From NCBI GenBank assembly GCA_047285535.1, contig JBJBDC010000001.1, positions 64,136-128,135 on the forward strand: a stretch of 64,000 nucleotides of DNA, read 5' to 3'. Numbering within the stretch: position 1 is the first letter of the stretch; every line of letters starts with the position of its first letter. This document shows positions 1 through 10,138 of the stretch, piece after piece. Source of the DNA: Synechococcus sp. (GTDB taxonomy: Bacteria > Cyanobacteriota > Cyanobacteriia > PCC-6307 > Cyanobiaceae). The notes beneath the pieces are model-generated. The model saw nothing but the letters and a program-made list of their open reading frames with translations, was not told the DNA's origin and ran no database searches. Made by a program: the position numbers and the translations under genes.

Positions 1-132
1 GAGCTCCGTGCGGGGGAGGCCAAGCGCCTAGGCCTCGGCGTTGGAGACAAGGTGCTGATTGAGTCGATCAAACCGATGATCCCATCGCAAGATTCCTTGG
101 CTCCTCCTCTGGATCACGAGAGATTGAAGTAA
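1..132 (+). CDS. 3' end of a probable DUF192-family protein (truncated by window edge)
   Basis: Frame 1 reads ELRAGEAKRLGLGVGDKVLI...*, matching the E-x-x-AG-x-A-x-x-x-G-x-x-x-GD tail of DUF192 proteins. Confidence 0.6.
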   Translation, partial: ELRAGEAKRLGLGVGDKVLIESIKPMIPSQDSLAPPLDHERLK

Positions 133-274
133 CAAAAGCGTGCCTAGCTAAAGAATCCATTGGCTTGGAGGTATAAGCCAATGGCGATCAGTGGTCCAAA
201 GCCTGCGATCAGGAGAGTGACCTTGAGGCGCAGGGGTGAAACTTGGTTCTTGCGTTCTCGAATCGGCATGCTGA

Positions 275-1591
275 CTAGTTTCGTAAGGTTTGATTCTGGC
301 CTTGTTCGTTCCCTTCATGGTGAGGAGCACTCCCCTTGAGGATCAAGACCGGATTCATCGGAGCGAGACGGGTGCCCTCGCCAAGGGGTTGCCCTCGCCA
401 TGCTTGATGCTGACTGACTTTCACCTTGTAATGGGCTGACTCGAGTATCGGTCGCAGGTCGGCGAGGGCTTCCAGGGTGGCGAGGGGAATCACTACTTCT
501 GAATGAGATCCCATGCGCTTCATAACTTGTTCGAGCAGTGATCGTCGATGACGACCACCTCCGCCAATTAACACTCGATCGGGTGTTGCCAATGCCGCAG
601 GGAGTTGTTCAAGCGCCTCGAGGGCATTGCCCTCCACGATCGCTGCTGGACGGACACCTAAGCGCAAGGCATTGGCGGCGATCAATGACCGTCCACCGCT
701 GCGCTGCTCCACACAGAGCAACTGCAATTCAGGTTGCAACCGCAGCGCTTCAAGCCCGACACTGCCCGTGCCTGCGCCGAGGTCCCAAAGCACACCCTGC
801 TGAGGAAGGTTGAGCTCTGCCAGCAACTGAATCCGAACCTCCCGTTTGGTCATCAATCCGGGACGATCGTTGTGTTGAAGAAAGATGCCATCATCAATAC
901 CAAAGAGTGGCAGAGGGGGTAATCGCGAGGCCTCCTCTGCTTCTGCGAGAAGAACCACCAAGTGAAGGGAATGAAGATCCTGAGGGGTGGCTTGAGAGGT
1001 CTTGAGACGTTGTACCCGTTCATTGCTGTGCCCAAGGCTTTCAAAGAGCCAAAGGCTGTAGGCCGCTTCCAGGCCACTGCTGAGCAAACTTTGTCGGACT
1101 TCGTCTACCCCTCCCCGGCTTGGATCGGTGAGGATGGCCAAGGCCTCCGGTCGTTGTTGCAAGCGTTGCATCAATGGAGTGGGGTCTCTGCCATGCAGGC
1201 TCAGCCATTCGGCGTCCTGCCAGGAACGACCAAGGCGTGCAAAAGCGAGTTGAAGCGAAGACGGCGCTGGATGAAACCGCAGGTGGTTTTGTGGCAATCG
1301 TTCGCTCAAAATTCGTCCGATTCCAAACCACAGAGGGTCGCCGCTGGCCAGTACGACAGCGCATTGAGATGAAGGCAGAGCGCTCAAGGCATCGCATAGT
1401 GCGATGGGTGCATCACTTCTGTGTAGTTCACCGCCCCATGCCTGGTGATCAACTCCGCTTTGTAGCCAATGGCGAAGAGCAGGAAGAAGTCGATCGGGTG
1501 CTGCAATCCAGTTTGCTCTGCGCAAGAGCTCCTGCTGAGCACCCGGTAGAGAATCCGGTGCTCCGGCATCGCTGCCTATGACATCGATCAT
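275..1591 (-). CDS. cobL: Bifunctional precorrin-6Y C5,15-methyltransferase (CbiE/CbiT, CobL)
   Basis: VLASGDPLWFGIG (CbiE), MTKREVR and WDLGAGTGSVG SAM motif (CbiT). Confidence 0.9.
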   Translation of the reverse strand: MIDVIGSDAGAPDSLPGAQQELLRRANWIAAPDRLLPALRHWLQSGVDHQAWGGELHRSDAPIALCDALSALPSSQCAVVLASGDPLWFGIGRILSERLPQNHLRFHPAPSSLQLAFARLGRSWQDAEWLSLHGRDPTPLMQRLQQRPEALAILTDPSRGGVDEVRQSLLSSGLEAAYSLWLFESLGHSNERVQRLKTSQATPQDLHSLHLVVLLAEAEEASRLPPLPLFGIDDGIFLQHNDRPGLMTKREVRIQLLAELNLPQQGVLWDLGAGTGSVGLEALRLQPELQLLCVEQRSGGRSLIAANALRLGVRPAAIVEGNALEALEQLPAALATPDRVLIGGGGRHRRSLLEQVMKRMGSHSEVVIPLATLEALADLRPILESAHYKVKVSQHQAWRGQPLGEGTRLAPMNPVLILKGSAPHHEGNEQGQNQTLRN

Positions 1592-2591
1592 CGCTTCATT
1601 TTGTGTGCGACAGACAGCTCAGAGGACAATGATCCCTATCAGGTGAGATGTAGATCATGATCTCAACTTTTAAAGCCCTGAATTTATAGTCAAAGATAAT
1701 CAATATTTAATGACCTTTCGTCGCATTGCCTTTGATGACTCGCTTTCGGCAAGAGCAGCTTGCTTTTCCCTAGGAGTGTTTGCAGTCGTTTTTGGGTTCT
1801 CGGAGACCAACAATCACTCGAAAGACCTTTTTGAGAAAATTCAGCATTGACGATCTGCACAACACAGGACTGGTCCCATGCAAGCTGAGGTGAATCAAGC
1901 CTTCGTCATGGGGCCAGTGATGACGAGGAATGGCGCTCTCACTGAAATCGAGGTGATCTTGGCTTAATCCATCCGAGCGGGCGAGGTCCTAAGGATCGCT
2001 AAAAGACCTTGAAACAATGGAGTTGGTGTGTGCTTGAAACTGAAGAAAGGCGGAGCCCTGGCTTTGGACGCAATGATGTGTCCTGTGTTGAATCCTTTGT
2101 TTATAGATTTGGTTCTGTTGGTATGTATCAGTGCGCATTCAAATTAATTCCAAATATTGTTTTTATCGTGGCTAGAATGCGCCTCTGCTTAAACTTTTTA
2201 AGTGAGTTTCATATGTAAAAGAAGTGCTTTCAAGTCTCGAAATGTGCTACTCCGTTTTGAGGTTAAAGCTTCAAGAGTTCAAAATTTGTTTTTATGATCT
2301 TCGCTTGAAAAGGATTTTTCTTTGATGGGTCTGACGAGTTGGAGTATTGTGTCTTCGATGATTGGATGTCTTCATTGATTGTTTCTATTTGAGAATGCCA
2401 GGTTGACATGGTTATTTGAATGATTGTTGGCTGGATTGTCTTCAATTTCTTCTTTTCTCTTGCTTGGGTTTCTGTATTGCTGGCAATTGCTATTGGATTT
2501 AAGAAGGTGATGGCGATCTGTTGCCCTCTTGTCGAGGTCTGAAAATGAGTGGACGATTCAGCTTCAGTGAATTCATGTTGACATGCGTGAT

Positions 2592-3464
2592 TTAGATTTC
2601 TGTGGTCATTGGATCCTGAGATGCCTTGGCTTTGCGCCATCTCATGAATGGGACAGAGCCGATTGCTGTGATCACCACATAACCCACCACTGCAGCTTTG
2701 ACGTCTAAGGCTCCTGGATCCGTACGTTCAACTAAAAGTAGAGCTAGGCCTGGATTACGCATCGAGAGCACCAGTGGCAAAGTGCTGCGCTCAATCGTGT
2801 CTTCGCTTGCGATCACAAATCCCAACGTCAGTGCAATCCAGGTGAGGGTGAGCATCACCAAGACTCCTTGAAGGTTGGCGATCAGCATTCGCAAGGCGTC
2901 TGGTAGGGCCACGATCAGGATCAAGGCCAGCAGCAGCAGTAAAAGAATGCTTGCCCCTTTCTGAATGAAAGGATTCCAGCGGTAGGCCCACTCACTTCGC
3001 CATCGTCTTAATGACACACCGAGCAGCAGGGGAACTAACTGCACAGTCAATACCTGGGAGGCAACCTCTTTGGCTGGAATACTCAGTATGGTCTCGCTTG
3101 CTTCCTCTGGTAGCTGACTTGCCCATAACGGCACGCTGATGATTGCGGAACATGCGGACCAGAATTGCAGCCTTGTTGCTAATTCAGTGTTATGGGCTAC
3201 TTGTCTACTTTTGCGAGTGATCATCGGCGCGCTTGGGCAGATCGCCATCAGCATTACGGCCGTTGCCATGGCAGGCGAGAGACTTTGACCTAGTGGTGTC
3301 CTCAGCAGAATAAGCGCTGCGACGGGTATGCCGACGCAAGTGGTCAGCAAGACACGAATCAGGAGAGCCGGTCTGCGCTGTAGCAGATCGAATTGAATGC
3401 TGGGCAGATTTAGGCCCAAAGACACCATGATCAGAATCAGAGCAACAGAAATCAGCAGTGACAT
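2592..3464 (-). CDS. Bile acid:sodium symporter (BASS)-family membrane protein
   Basis: 290-aa highly hydrophobic protein with MVSLGL, CPSAP and MRNPGLAL motifs. Confidence 0.75.
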   Translation of the reverse strand: MSLLISVALILIMVSLGLNLPSIQFDLLQRRPALLIRVLLTTCVGIPVAALILLRTPLGQSLSPAMATAVMLMAICPSAPMITRKSRQVAHNTELATRLQFWSACSAIISVPLWASQLPEEASETILSIPAKEVASQVLTVQLVPLLLGVSLRRWRSEWAYRWNPFIQKGASILLLLLLALILIVALPDALRMLIANLQGVLVMLTLTWIALTLGFVIASEDTIERSTLPLVLSMRNPGLALLLVERTDPGALDVKAAVVGYVVITAIGSVPFMRWRKAKASQDPMTTEI

Positions 3465-4829
3465 GGAGAGAAGTGAGGGGACGCTTTCTTATTGATTGGG
3501 TAGTGACTTGTCTTCATATCAACGCATTGAGCGGCAATCGAAATGTAATAACTCCGGTCTCCGTTACTCCTGTAGGGGTGACGGTTGAGCGCGATGGCTC
3601 ATTGCGATGGATGTAGAAGTTGTTTAACAGCTCCACTTGATATCCGGAAGGATCATGGTCTTTCATGGCAATGGAGAATAGGAATTACATTTTGCTTGTG
3701 GTCTAATTAAGGTCTCTTCGATACGTGTTGATGAAGTGGTCGCGATGGTGAGCATCGCTTTGAAAAGTCAGGTCTTCTTCTGGAGCTGCTTGGACTGATT
3801 GGTGTGAATGGATATGGTTTGTTTGTATTTTTAACTCTCATTTATGAGTTTTTAGCTTCGAGATTTATACTTTTTTCAGTGTATGTCTGAATTTTTGTGG
3901 TGCCTCGATCTAAGCGATAGCTTTGCTGATGAGGGGGCTGGGGCTATGGGAGTCAACTCAATCTCTCTGACGAATCAAGGTTTAAGTCCTTGTTTTGATC
4001 AGAGTCTGTTTAGGTGTTTCCTGAAAAAGGTTTCGATAAGTGGCTGAAAAATGTCCGCGGCTTGTGAATCCTTAGTGGGAGAAGATTTCTCCCATTGTGC
4101 TTAATTCTAGGGCAGAATGACCTTCTGCTGAGCGAAGCGTTGAATTGACTTGTTGGAGTCCCGAGGGGGCATGAGCGGATAGGGCCGCCACTGGTTGAAG
4201 CAACAGCAAGACACTGATTGCCCCTGTTAGTCCTGTTGTTCCTAGTTGGACTGTCATTTCTGAATGGCCTCCAAGAGTCGGTCGCAGCCGTTGTCAAAGC
4301 AAGCCACGGCTCCGCGTCCGTTGTCCGCAAAGGCCATCCCAATGCGTGTGCGGCCTTGAATCGCATCACCGCCTTGGATCAGCACATCGGCCAGGAAGGT
4401 TGGGTTGTTCACGCAAAATGCTTTGTTGTTGAAGCAAAGCTCGTCTGTTTTGAAATTGATCGATGCGTTTTTGACCGATGTCTAGGGTGCGCCTGCACTG
4501 GCTTGGCTTTCGATACGGACGTAAGGATCTTCTATCACCCGGTACGTCGCCGTACGTGATCCAAACCGATGTCGATCTTCCGTGGAATGATCCACACTTA
4601 TCGCCTGTACTTGGCAGGAAAATCGTGATGCTGTTGGGGTGCTGCAAGTGGTGTTGATGACATCAAGCTCCTCTGCGTTGAACGCTGGAGCAACCAGGCC
4701 GCGGCTGAGATCCAGCAGGGATGTCAGCACCTTGCTTCGTTTGGACACAAGCCTTGGGATGGTGTGAGCGCGGAAGTGCGATGACTTCCATCCGTTCAAG
4801 ATGGCTACAACTATCGCGGTGCGATTCGA

Positions 4830-5099
4830 ATGTGCACCAATGGGATCAAGGAGCGTCGCCAACGCCTTCATGACATTTTGCTTGCCCTCCTGGCCCAACA
4901 GGGCGATCTCGAGCTGATGGATGGTGACAATCCGTCTGGTTTAGTGGCAGGGGGCAGTCGCGACGTATCAGCTGAAGCCGCGCGCTGGCTGGAACGGAAT
5001 CGTCGGGTCTTACAGCGCTATCAATCGTTAGTGCGCACTGCAGTGACACTCGATGCCCTTCTCGATGCTGAAGAGGGCATCGCTCAGGACCGTGCTTGA
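4830..5099 (+). CDS. Hypothetical protein (89 aa)
   Basis: ATG-start helical ORF converging on the MFS gene. Confidence 0.55.
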   Translation: MCTNGIKERRQRLHDILLALLAQQGDLELMDGDNPSGLVAGGSRDVSAEAARWLERNRRVLQRYQSLVRTAVTLDALLDAEEGIAQDRA

Positions 5100-5110
5100 A
5101 CCTGCTGTTT

Positions 5111-6742
5111 TTAGCTGAGTCGTTCTTGACCCAGCAACTGTTGCTCCCGGCCGATGATCAACAACAGCAGGCTGATGGCAAGCAACAAGGCGGTAAGACC
5201 AGACACCACCAACATCGTTCCAGCCAGCCCTTGGGTGTAAGCCTCTTGCAGGAGTTGCATCAGTTGTCTGGAAGCCCTTCCTTCCAAGGAGATCGGACTG
5301 TTGCGTAGAAACAAGCGAATCTGTTCGTCGATTTGGGTGATGTGCTCTAAGCCAAGGCCTGCGCCCTGCATTCGAGTGTGGAGATCGTTGAAGCCAAATC
5401 CGGAGATCATCGTTCCACTGGCGGCAAGCCCAAAGGCAAAGCCCAGCTGTCCGCTGGTTGTGCGAAAGGCAAGCACTGAACCAAAGCAATGCTCAGGTGC
5501 TTCCTGCACAAATAAGGCTGATTGCGGCACCGCTACAAAGGCCAGCCCGAATCCTGCGAGCATTAAGGCCGGCAGTAGTTGCCAGTAAGGCGTCTGTACC
5601 TGCACGATGGCGAATAGGGCAAGACCCACCACCAGGGCCAGGCTGCCGCCGCCCATCAATACCAAGGTGCGACGACCCGGACCCATCCAGCGCCCTGCAT
5701 AGATCCCCGCCACGCCAAAGCAGATCAAGAATGGCAGTTGTCCAAGGGCTACATCACTGGTGCTGTAGCCCTGTACCAATTGCCAGAAATTACTGGTTTG
5801 CAGCTGCACCACTGCTTGCGCCACATTCCAGCCGATTCCATTGATCACGGCGGCTGCAAAAAAGCCTCGCAGGTAAAGCTTGGGTGGAAAAATTGGCTGA
5901 TGGCTGCGGCGCTCAATGGTGATGTGAAGCGCAAATAACAAGAGTCCGCTCAGGGAAGGCAGCCAGAAACTTGGGCTGCGCAGCCCAAGGGCTGCATGGT
6001 TGATGCCAAATAAAAACAGCACCATGGCGATGGCGATGCTGGTTAGCCCTGGGAGATCTGGTTTAAGCGAGCGATTTCCAGCGATAGCTGGTACAAGCGT
6101 GGGTAAGAGGACCAGGCTTACCGTGCAAATGACTGGTACCAGCAAAAAGGCCAGCCTCCAATCGATCGTGGCCATCCAACCGCCGATGAGAGAGCCAGTG
6201 ATAAAGCCCACAACGATCAGCAGATTCCAGAGTCCGAGGGCGGCACTCACGCCAGCAGTGGGTGTCACGAAGCGCACACTGGCAAAGGTGCTGGTGAGCA
6301 CCGAGCCCAGTGCGATGCCCGTCAGCGCGCGACCGATCAGAAAGATTCCTGCTTCGCTGGCCAGCATTGAGAGAAGATTGCCGATGAGAGCAAGCAGGAG
6401 GGAAGCCGCTAACACCTTTCTCCGTCCGAAGCGGTCGCCCAAAAATCCCATCACCAAGACTGAGGCGGCTTGAGCCAAGGTGGACACACTGGCTCCCAGT
6501 GCCAAAACTGATCCGTGCATCTGCAGGGCATCGCTGGCCTTCACCAAAGCGATATTGGCTACGCTCGGGTCGATCAGCTGCAGGCTGGCCAGGATTCCGA
6601 GATACGGGACTGTTAGGCGAGAAATTTTCAGGGCTCGAATGCCGGTGACCGTCAAAAGGCTGGAGGTGTAATGGTTGAGACCAGTGGTGATTCGTGGCTT
6701 TGGCATTTTGATTCGCAACGCCAAAGCCATAGCAGGTGTCAA
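5111..6742 (-). CDS. MFS transporter (14-TMS DHA2-like)
   Basis: Motif A GFLGDRFGRRK; many TM segments; true start may be downstream of the ORF start. Confidence 0.85.
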   Translation of the reverse strand: MTPAMALALRIKMPKPRITTGLNHYTSSLLTVTGIRALKISRLTVPYLGILASLQLIDPSVANIALVKASDALQMHGSVLALGASVSTLAQAASVLVMGFLGDRFGRRKVLAASLLLALIGNLLSMLASEAGIFLIGRALTGIALGSVLTSTFASVRFVTPTAGVSAALGLWNLLIVVGFITGSLIGGWMATIDWRLAFLLVPVICTVSLVLLPTLVPAIAGNRSLKPDLPGLTSIAIAMVLFLFGINHAALGLRSPSFWLPSLSGLLLFALHITIERRSHQPIFPPKLYLRGFFAAAVINGIGWNVAQAVVQLQTSNFWQLVQGYSTSDVALGQLPFLICFGVAGIYAGRWMGPGRRTLVLMGGGSLALVVGLALFAIVQVQTPYWQLLPALMLAGFGLAFVAVPQSALFVQEAPEHCFGSVLAFRTTSGQLGFAFGLAASGTMISGFGFNDLHTRMQGAGLGLEHITQIDEQIRLFLRNSPISLEGRASRQLMQLLQEAYTQGLAGTMLVVSGLTALLLAISLLLLIIGREQQLLGQERLS

Positions 6743-6854
6743 TCAGCCGGCAGTGTTGCATGCATCGCTTGGCTTCCATTCCCTCATTTGCTGATAGCCA
6801 GGCTCTGGCTCTTCTGGCCAGCTCTGGCAATCTGGAGCAACTTTCGGCCTCTGC

Positions 6855-9356
6855 ATGGCACCGCTCGGACTGTCTGCACTGCGTTCACGGTTTAGCCGCG
6901 GCTCGTCAGGGAAGGGCTGGCAATCACCAGAAGCAAGTTGGAACCGTCCATTTGGACTGGGTTGGCAGACACCTTTCACTGTCCGCTACGCAAGCAACCT
7001 CGATGATGGCCCCTGGCATGGCATGCCTTTGGGGGGGTTTGGTGCGGGCTGCTTGGCACGCAGCTCCCGTGGTGATTTCAACCTCTGGCATCTCGATGGT
7101 GGAGAGCATTGGTTCGGCACTATCCCCGACTGCCAATTCGCTCTGTGGGAAAAGCAAGGTGAGCATGTGTCTGTTCACGCGTTAGCCACTGAGCCAGAAC
7201 TTGATGACTCAAGGCCAGATTCAGGGAAGCCGCTCAGCAGCTGGCAGTGGTATCCAGCCAGTACCGATGAGCGCAGCACTGGAACTTACGCCGCCCGCTA
7301 TCCCCTGAGCTGGAATCATTATGAGGGAGTGTTTCGCGCTGAGGCGACGTGCGAGGCGTTCAGTCCGATCCTTCCCGGCGACTATCAACGCAGCAGCTAT
7401 CCAGTGGCGGTTTTCCACTGGACCTTGCGCAATCCCACCAACAAGCCCCTGGAGCTATCGCTACTGCTGAGCTGGCGAAACACGGTGGGTTGGTTCACCA
7501 ACACCGATTCATCGGCCAAGGTTCACTTTCGTGATGACGGTAGTCCTGAACATAATTACGCTCCGGCGATTGGGAACACCGAGGGGCAGCGCAATTGCTG
7601 GATTGATGGCAATGGATTGAGCGGTGTGCTGCTCGATGGCAAACGGTCGATGCCGCTTGCGGAAGGAGAAGGACAGTGGTGTTTAGCCCTTCCAGAAGAG
7701 ATGGAGGGCGTCGAGCTGATGCGCTGCAGCCGCTGGGATCCAAGTGGTGATGGAGCTGAGATTTGGCAGCCGTTTGCGACTGATGGGGTTATTCCTAACA
7801 GCAACAACGATCGCTCCAGCCGCCCGGGTGAGCATGCCAGTGCTGCGATTGCTGTGAAGCTCAGCCTGGCGCCGGGTGAAACCCGAGAGATTCCGGTTGT
7901 GATCAGTTGGGATCTGCCAGTGACAGCTTTTGCCACAGGGGTGAGTGATTTGCGACGTTACAGCGACTTTTTCGGAGCTAACGGCAACCATGCAGCGGCG
8001 ATTGCTAGGGAAGCCTTACGTGATTGGAGGTCTTGGCATGAACAAATTGAGGTATGGCAGGCCCCGGTATTGGCACGAACGGAGCTGCCCGAAGAGTTGC
8101 GGATGGCACTCTTCAATGAGCTCTATGACCTGGCCAGTGGCGGCAGCCTTTGGACGACAGCGACTTCGAAAGATCCCTACGGTCGATTTGGGGTTCTTGA
8201 GTGTCTTGACTACGCATGGTACGAAAGTCTTGATGTGCGTTTGTACGGCTCTTTTGCCTTGCTGCAGCTCTGGCCGGAGTTGGATAAAGCGGTGATTCGT
8301 AGCTTTGCCCGGGCGATTCCGGCGGCAGATACCACCCAACGGCCGATTGGTTGGTATTTCACGCAAGGTCGCGGGAGGGTGGAAGCCGACCGCAAGGTGA
8401 AAGGCGCCACTCCGCATGATTTGGGTGCACCCAATGAAGTGCCTTTTGATGCCACCAATTACACCGCCTATCAAGATTGCAATCTCTGGAAAGATCTCGC
8501 CAGCGATTACGTTTTGCAGGTGTGGCGCACCTTTACATTGTCACCAACTGGGGAAGACCTGAGTTTTCTCGCGGACTGTTGGCCAGCGGCGGTGCAGGCA
8601 CTGCATTACCTCAAACAATTTGACAGAAATGACGATGGTTTGCCTGATAACGGCGGTGCCCCGGATCAAACCTTTGATGATTGGCCGCTGAAGGGGGTGA
8701 GTGCTTACTGCGGTGCGCTTTGGATTGCAGCATTAGAAGCAGCCTTAGCGATGGCGCAACGGTTGCAGCTGGAAATGGGTCTGGAAACTGGTGAGGAGCA
8801 ACATACCTTTAGTGGTTGGTTGGAACAATCGCGCACCAATTTCGACAGGCTCCTTTGGAATGGCGAGTACTACGACATCGATGCCGAAAGTGGTACTCCC
8901 GTAGTGATGGCTGATCAACTCTGTGGTGATTTCTATGCTCGCTTGCTGGGCCTTCCACCTGTGGTGAGTGAGGTCAATAGCCGCAGTACCTTAAAGGCCA
9001 TCAAGGAAGCTTGTTTTGACAATTTTGCGGATGGCACTTTGGGTGTAGCCAATGGTTTGCGCCGTGATGGCACTCCACTGGATCCGAATGGCACCCACCC
9101 TTTGGAAGTTTGGACAGGGATCAATTTCGGCATTGCCAGCTACTACCGCTTGATGGGGGAGGGCAAGACTGCAGAAGCGATTTGCTCTGCGGTCGTGAAC
9201 CAGGTGTATTCGGGTGGTTTGCAATTCCGCACGCCCGAAGCGATCACTGCAGTGAATACATTCCGGGCCTGCCACTATCTGCGGGCGATGGCGATTTGGG
9301 GGCTTTGGGCCACCCATACCGCTTGGGAGTTGATCCCTGGTGCACAGCGGGTGTAA
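6855..9356 (+). CDS. GH116 glycoside hydrolase (non-lysosomal glucosylceramidase-like beta-glycosidase)
   Basis: GMPLGGFGAG, LECLDY..YESLDV..Y, TPHDLG, PDQTFDDW, FRTPEA, YLRAMAIW motifs. Confidence 0.9.
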   Translation: MAPLGLSALRSRFSRGSSGKGWQSPEASWNRPFGLGWQTPFTVRYASNLDDGPWHGMPLGGFGAGCLARSSRGDFNLWHLDGGEHWFGTIPDCQFALWEKQGEHVSVHALATEPELDDSRPDSGKPLSSWQWYPASTDERSTGTYAARYPLSWNHYEGVFRAEATCEAFSPILPGDYQRSSYPVAVFHWTLRNPTNKPLELSLLLSWRNTVGWFTNTDSSAKVHFRDDGSPEHNYAPAIGNTEGQRNCWIDGNGLSGVLLDGKRSMPLAEGEGQWCLALPEEMEGVELMRCSRWDPSGDGAEIWQPFATDGVIPNSNNDRSSRPGEHASAAIAVKLSLAPGETREIPVVISWDLPVTAFATGVSDLRRYSDFFGANGNHAAAIAREALRDWRSWHEQIEVWQAPVLARTELPEELRMALFNELYDLASGGSLWTTATSKDPYGRFGVLECLDYAWYESLDVRLYGSFALLQLWPELDKAVIRSFARAIPAADTTQRPIGWYFTQGRGRVEADRKVKGATPHDLGAPNEVPFDATNYTAYQDCNLWKDLASDYVLQVWRTFTLSPTGEDLSFLADCWPAAVQALHYLKQFDRNDDGLPDNGGAPDQTFDDWPLKGVSAYCGALWIAALEAALAMAQRLQLEMGLETGEEQHTFSGWLEQSRTNFDRLLWNGEYYDIDAESGTPVVMADQLCGDFYARLLGLPPVVSEVNSRSTLKAIKEACFDNFADGTLGVANGLRRDGTPLDPNGTHPLEVWTGINFGIASYYRLMGEGKTAEAICSAVVNQVYSGGLQFRTPEAITAVNTFRACHYLRAMAIWGLWATHTAWELIPGAQRV

Positions 9357-10138
9357 GTGGTGCTTGCTGTTGGTGAACTCTTGAGTTAAGGCTTACTTGT
9401 TCGTGATCCGTTGGGCTTCCCTAGCGAATGTGGTTGGGATCCCATTCGCGGATCTCTTGCGTGGCGTTGACCTGCAGTCAGATTTAGACGTTTTCAGCCA
9501 ACAGCTCGACCTCTGTCGAGCTGTTGTGGGCTATTCCTCTGATGACTGATTGAAAGGTATTCCTGATTCGTGCGCCAACAAGAGGAAACGACTTTCGCCC
9601 TGCTGGCATTGTTCTGGGTGGTTCTCATGGTAGAGGTCATTCGGTCTGAATTTCAGGCGAGCCAATATTTGCTCTTGATTGGATGGCTTATGCCAACCCA
9701 AGGTTTTTGTCAGGTGGAAGAGAGGGGCAAATAGACTATGTTTCTCATTTGTTGAGATTGAACTTTGCGATTGCCGTTTACTTTTTAGGTGTCATTTGCT
9801 ACTTGCTGGGGCTTGTTTTGTGATTCTGTGCTTTTTGGTTGTTTGGTTTGGACGTAATTAGTCATAGTTCATAGGTTTTGAGTCACATTTGTTAGTGGAT
9901 CAGTTGCGACTGTATTGGAGAATTCAGAGGAGTTGTTGATCCATGGCGTGTCTCCCTTTACCGTTGGGTGGTGTTGAAAAAATTTCCACCAGGAGTGCAT
10001 TCCAACTTTTGATAGGAAATTGACATCTTTCTCGTTGCGTTTTATTGATGTTGATCTCTTGTTGCTGTTGACAAGCGAACTCATAACAATCGATTGATTG
10101 TTCTTTTGTCTTTTTTTTCTCTTTTTCAATCTTGATTC

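Noticed and set aside
1710..1967. ORF with in-frame TGA at 1848-1850 as a selenoprotein or readthrough
   Set aside because: No redox-motif context or evident SECIS; more likely decayed or spurious
2009..2640. ORFs 2009-2218 (+) and 2263-2640 (-)
   Set aside because: Compositionally biased, no motifs, overlap with the BASS gene end; probably non-coding
3540..3620. Glutamine-II (downstream-peptide) riboswitch on the minus strand
   Set aside because: Only a vague AACGGAGACC resemblance; the CGTTCA/GAACG P1 is not present
4010..4898. Several overlapping 60-140 aa ORFs
   Set aside because: Mutually overlapping with no recognisable motif; cannot pick a real frame
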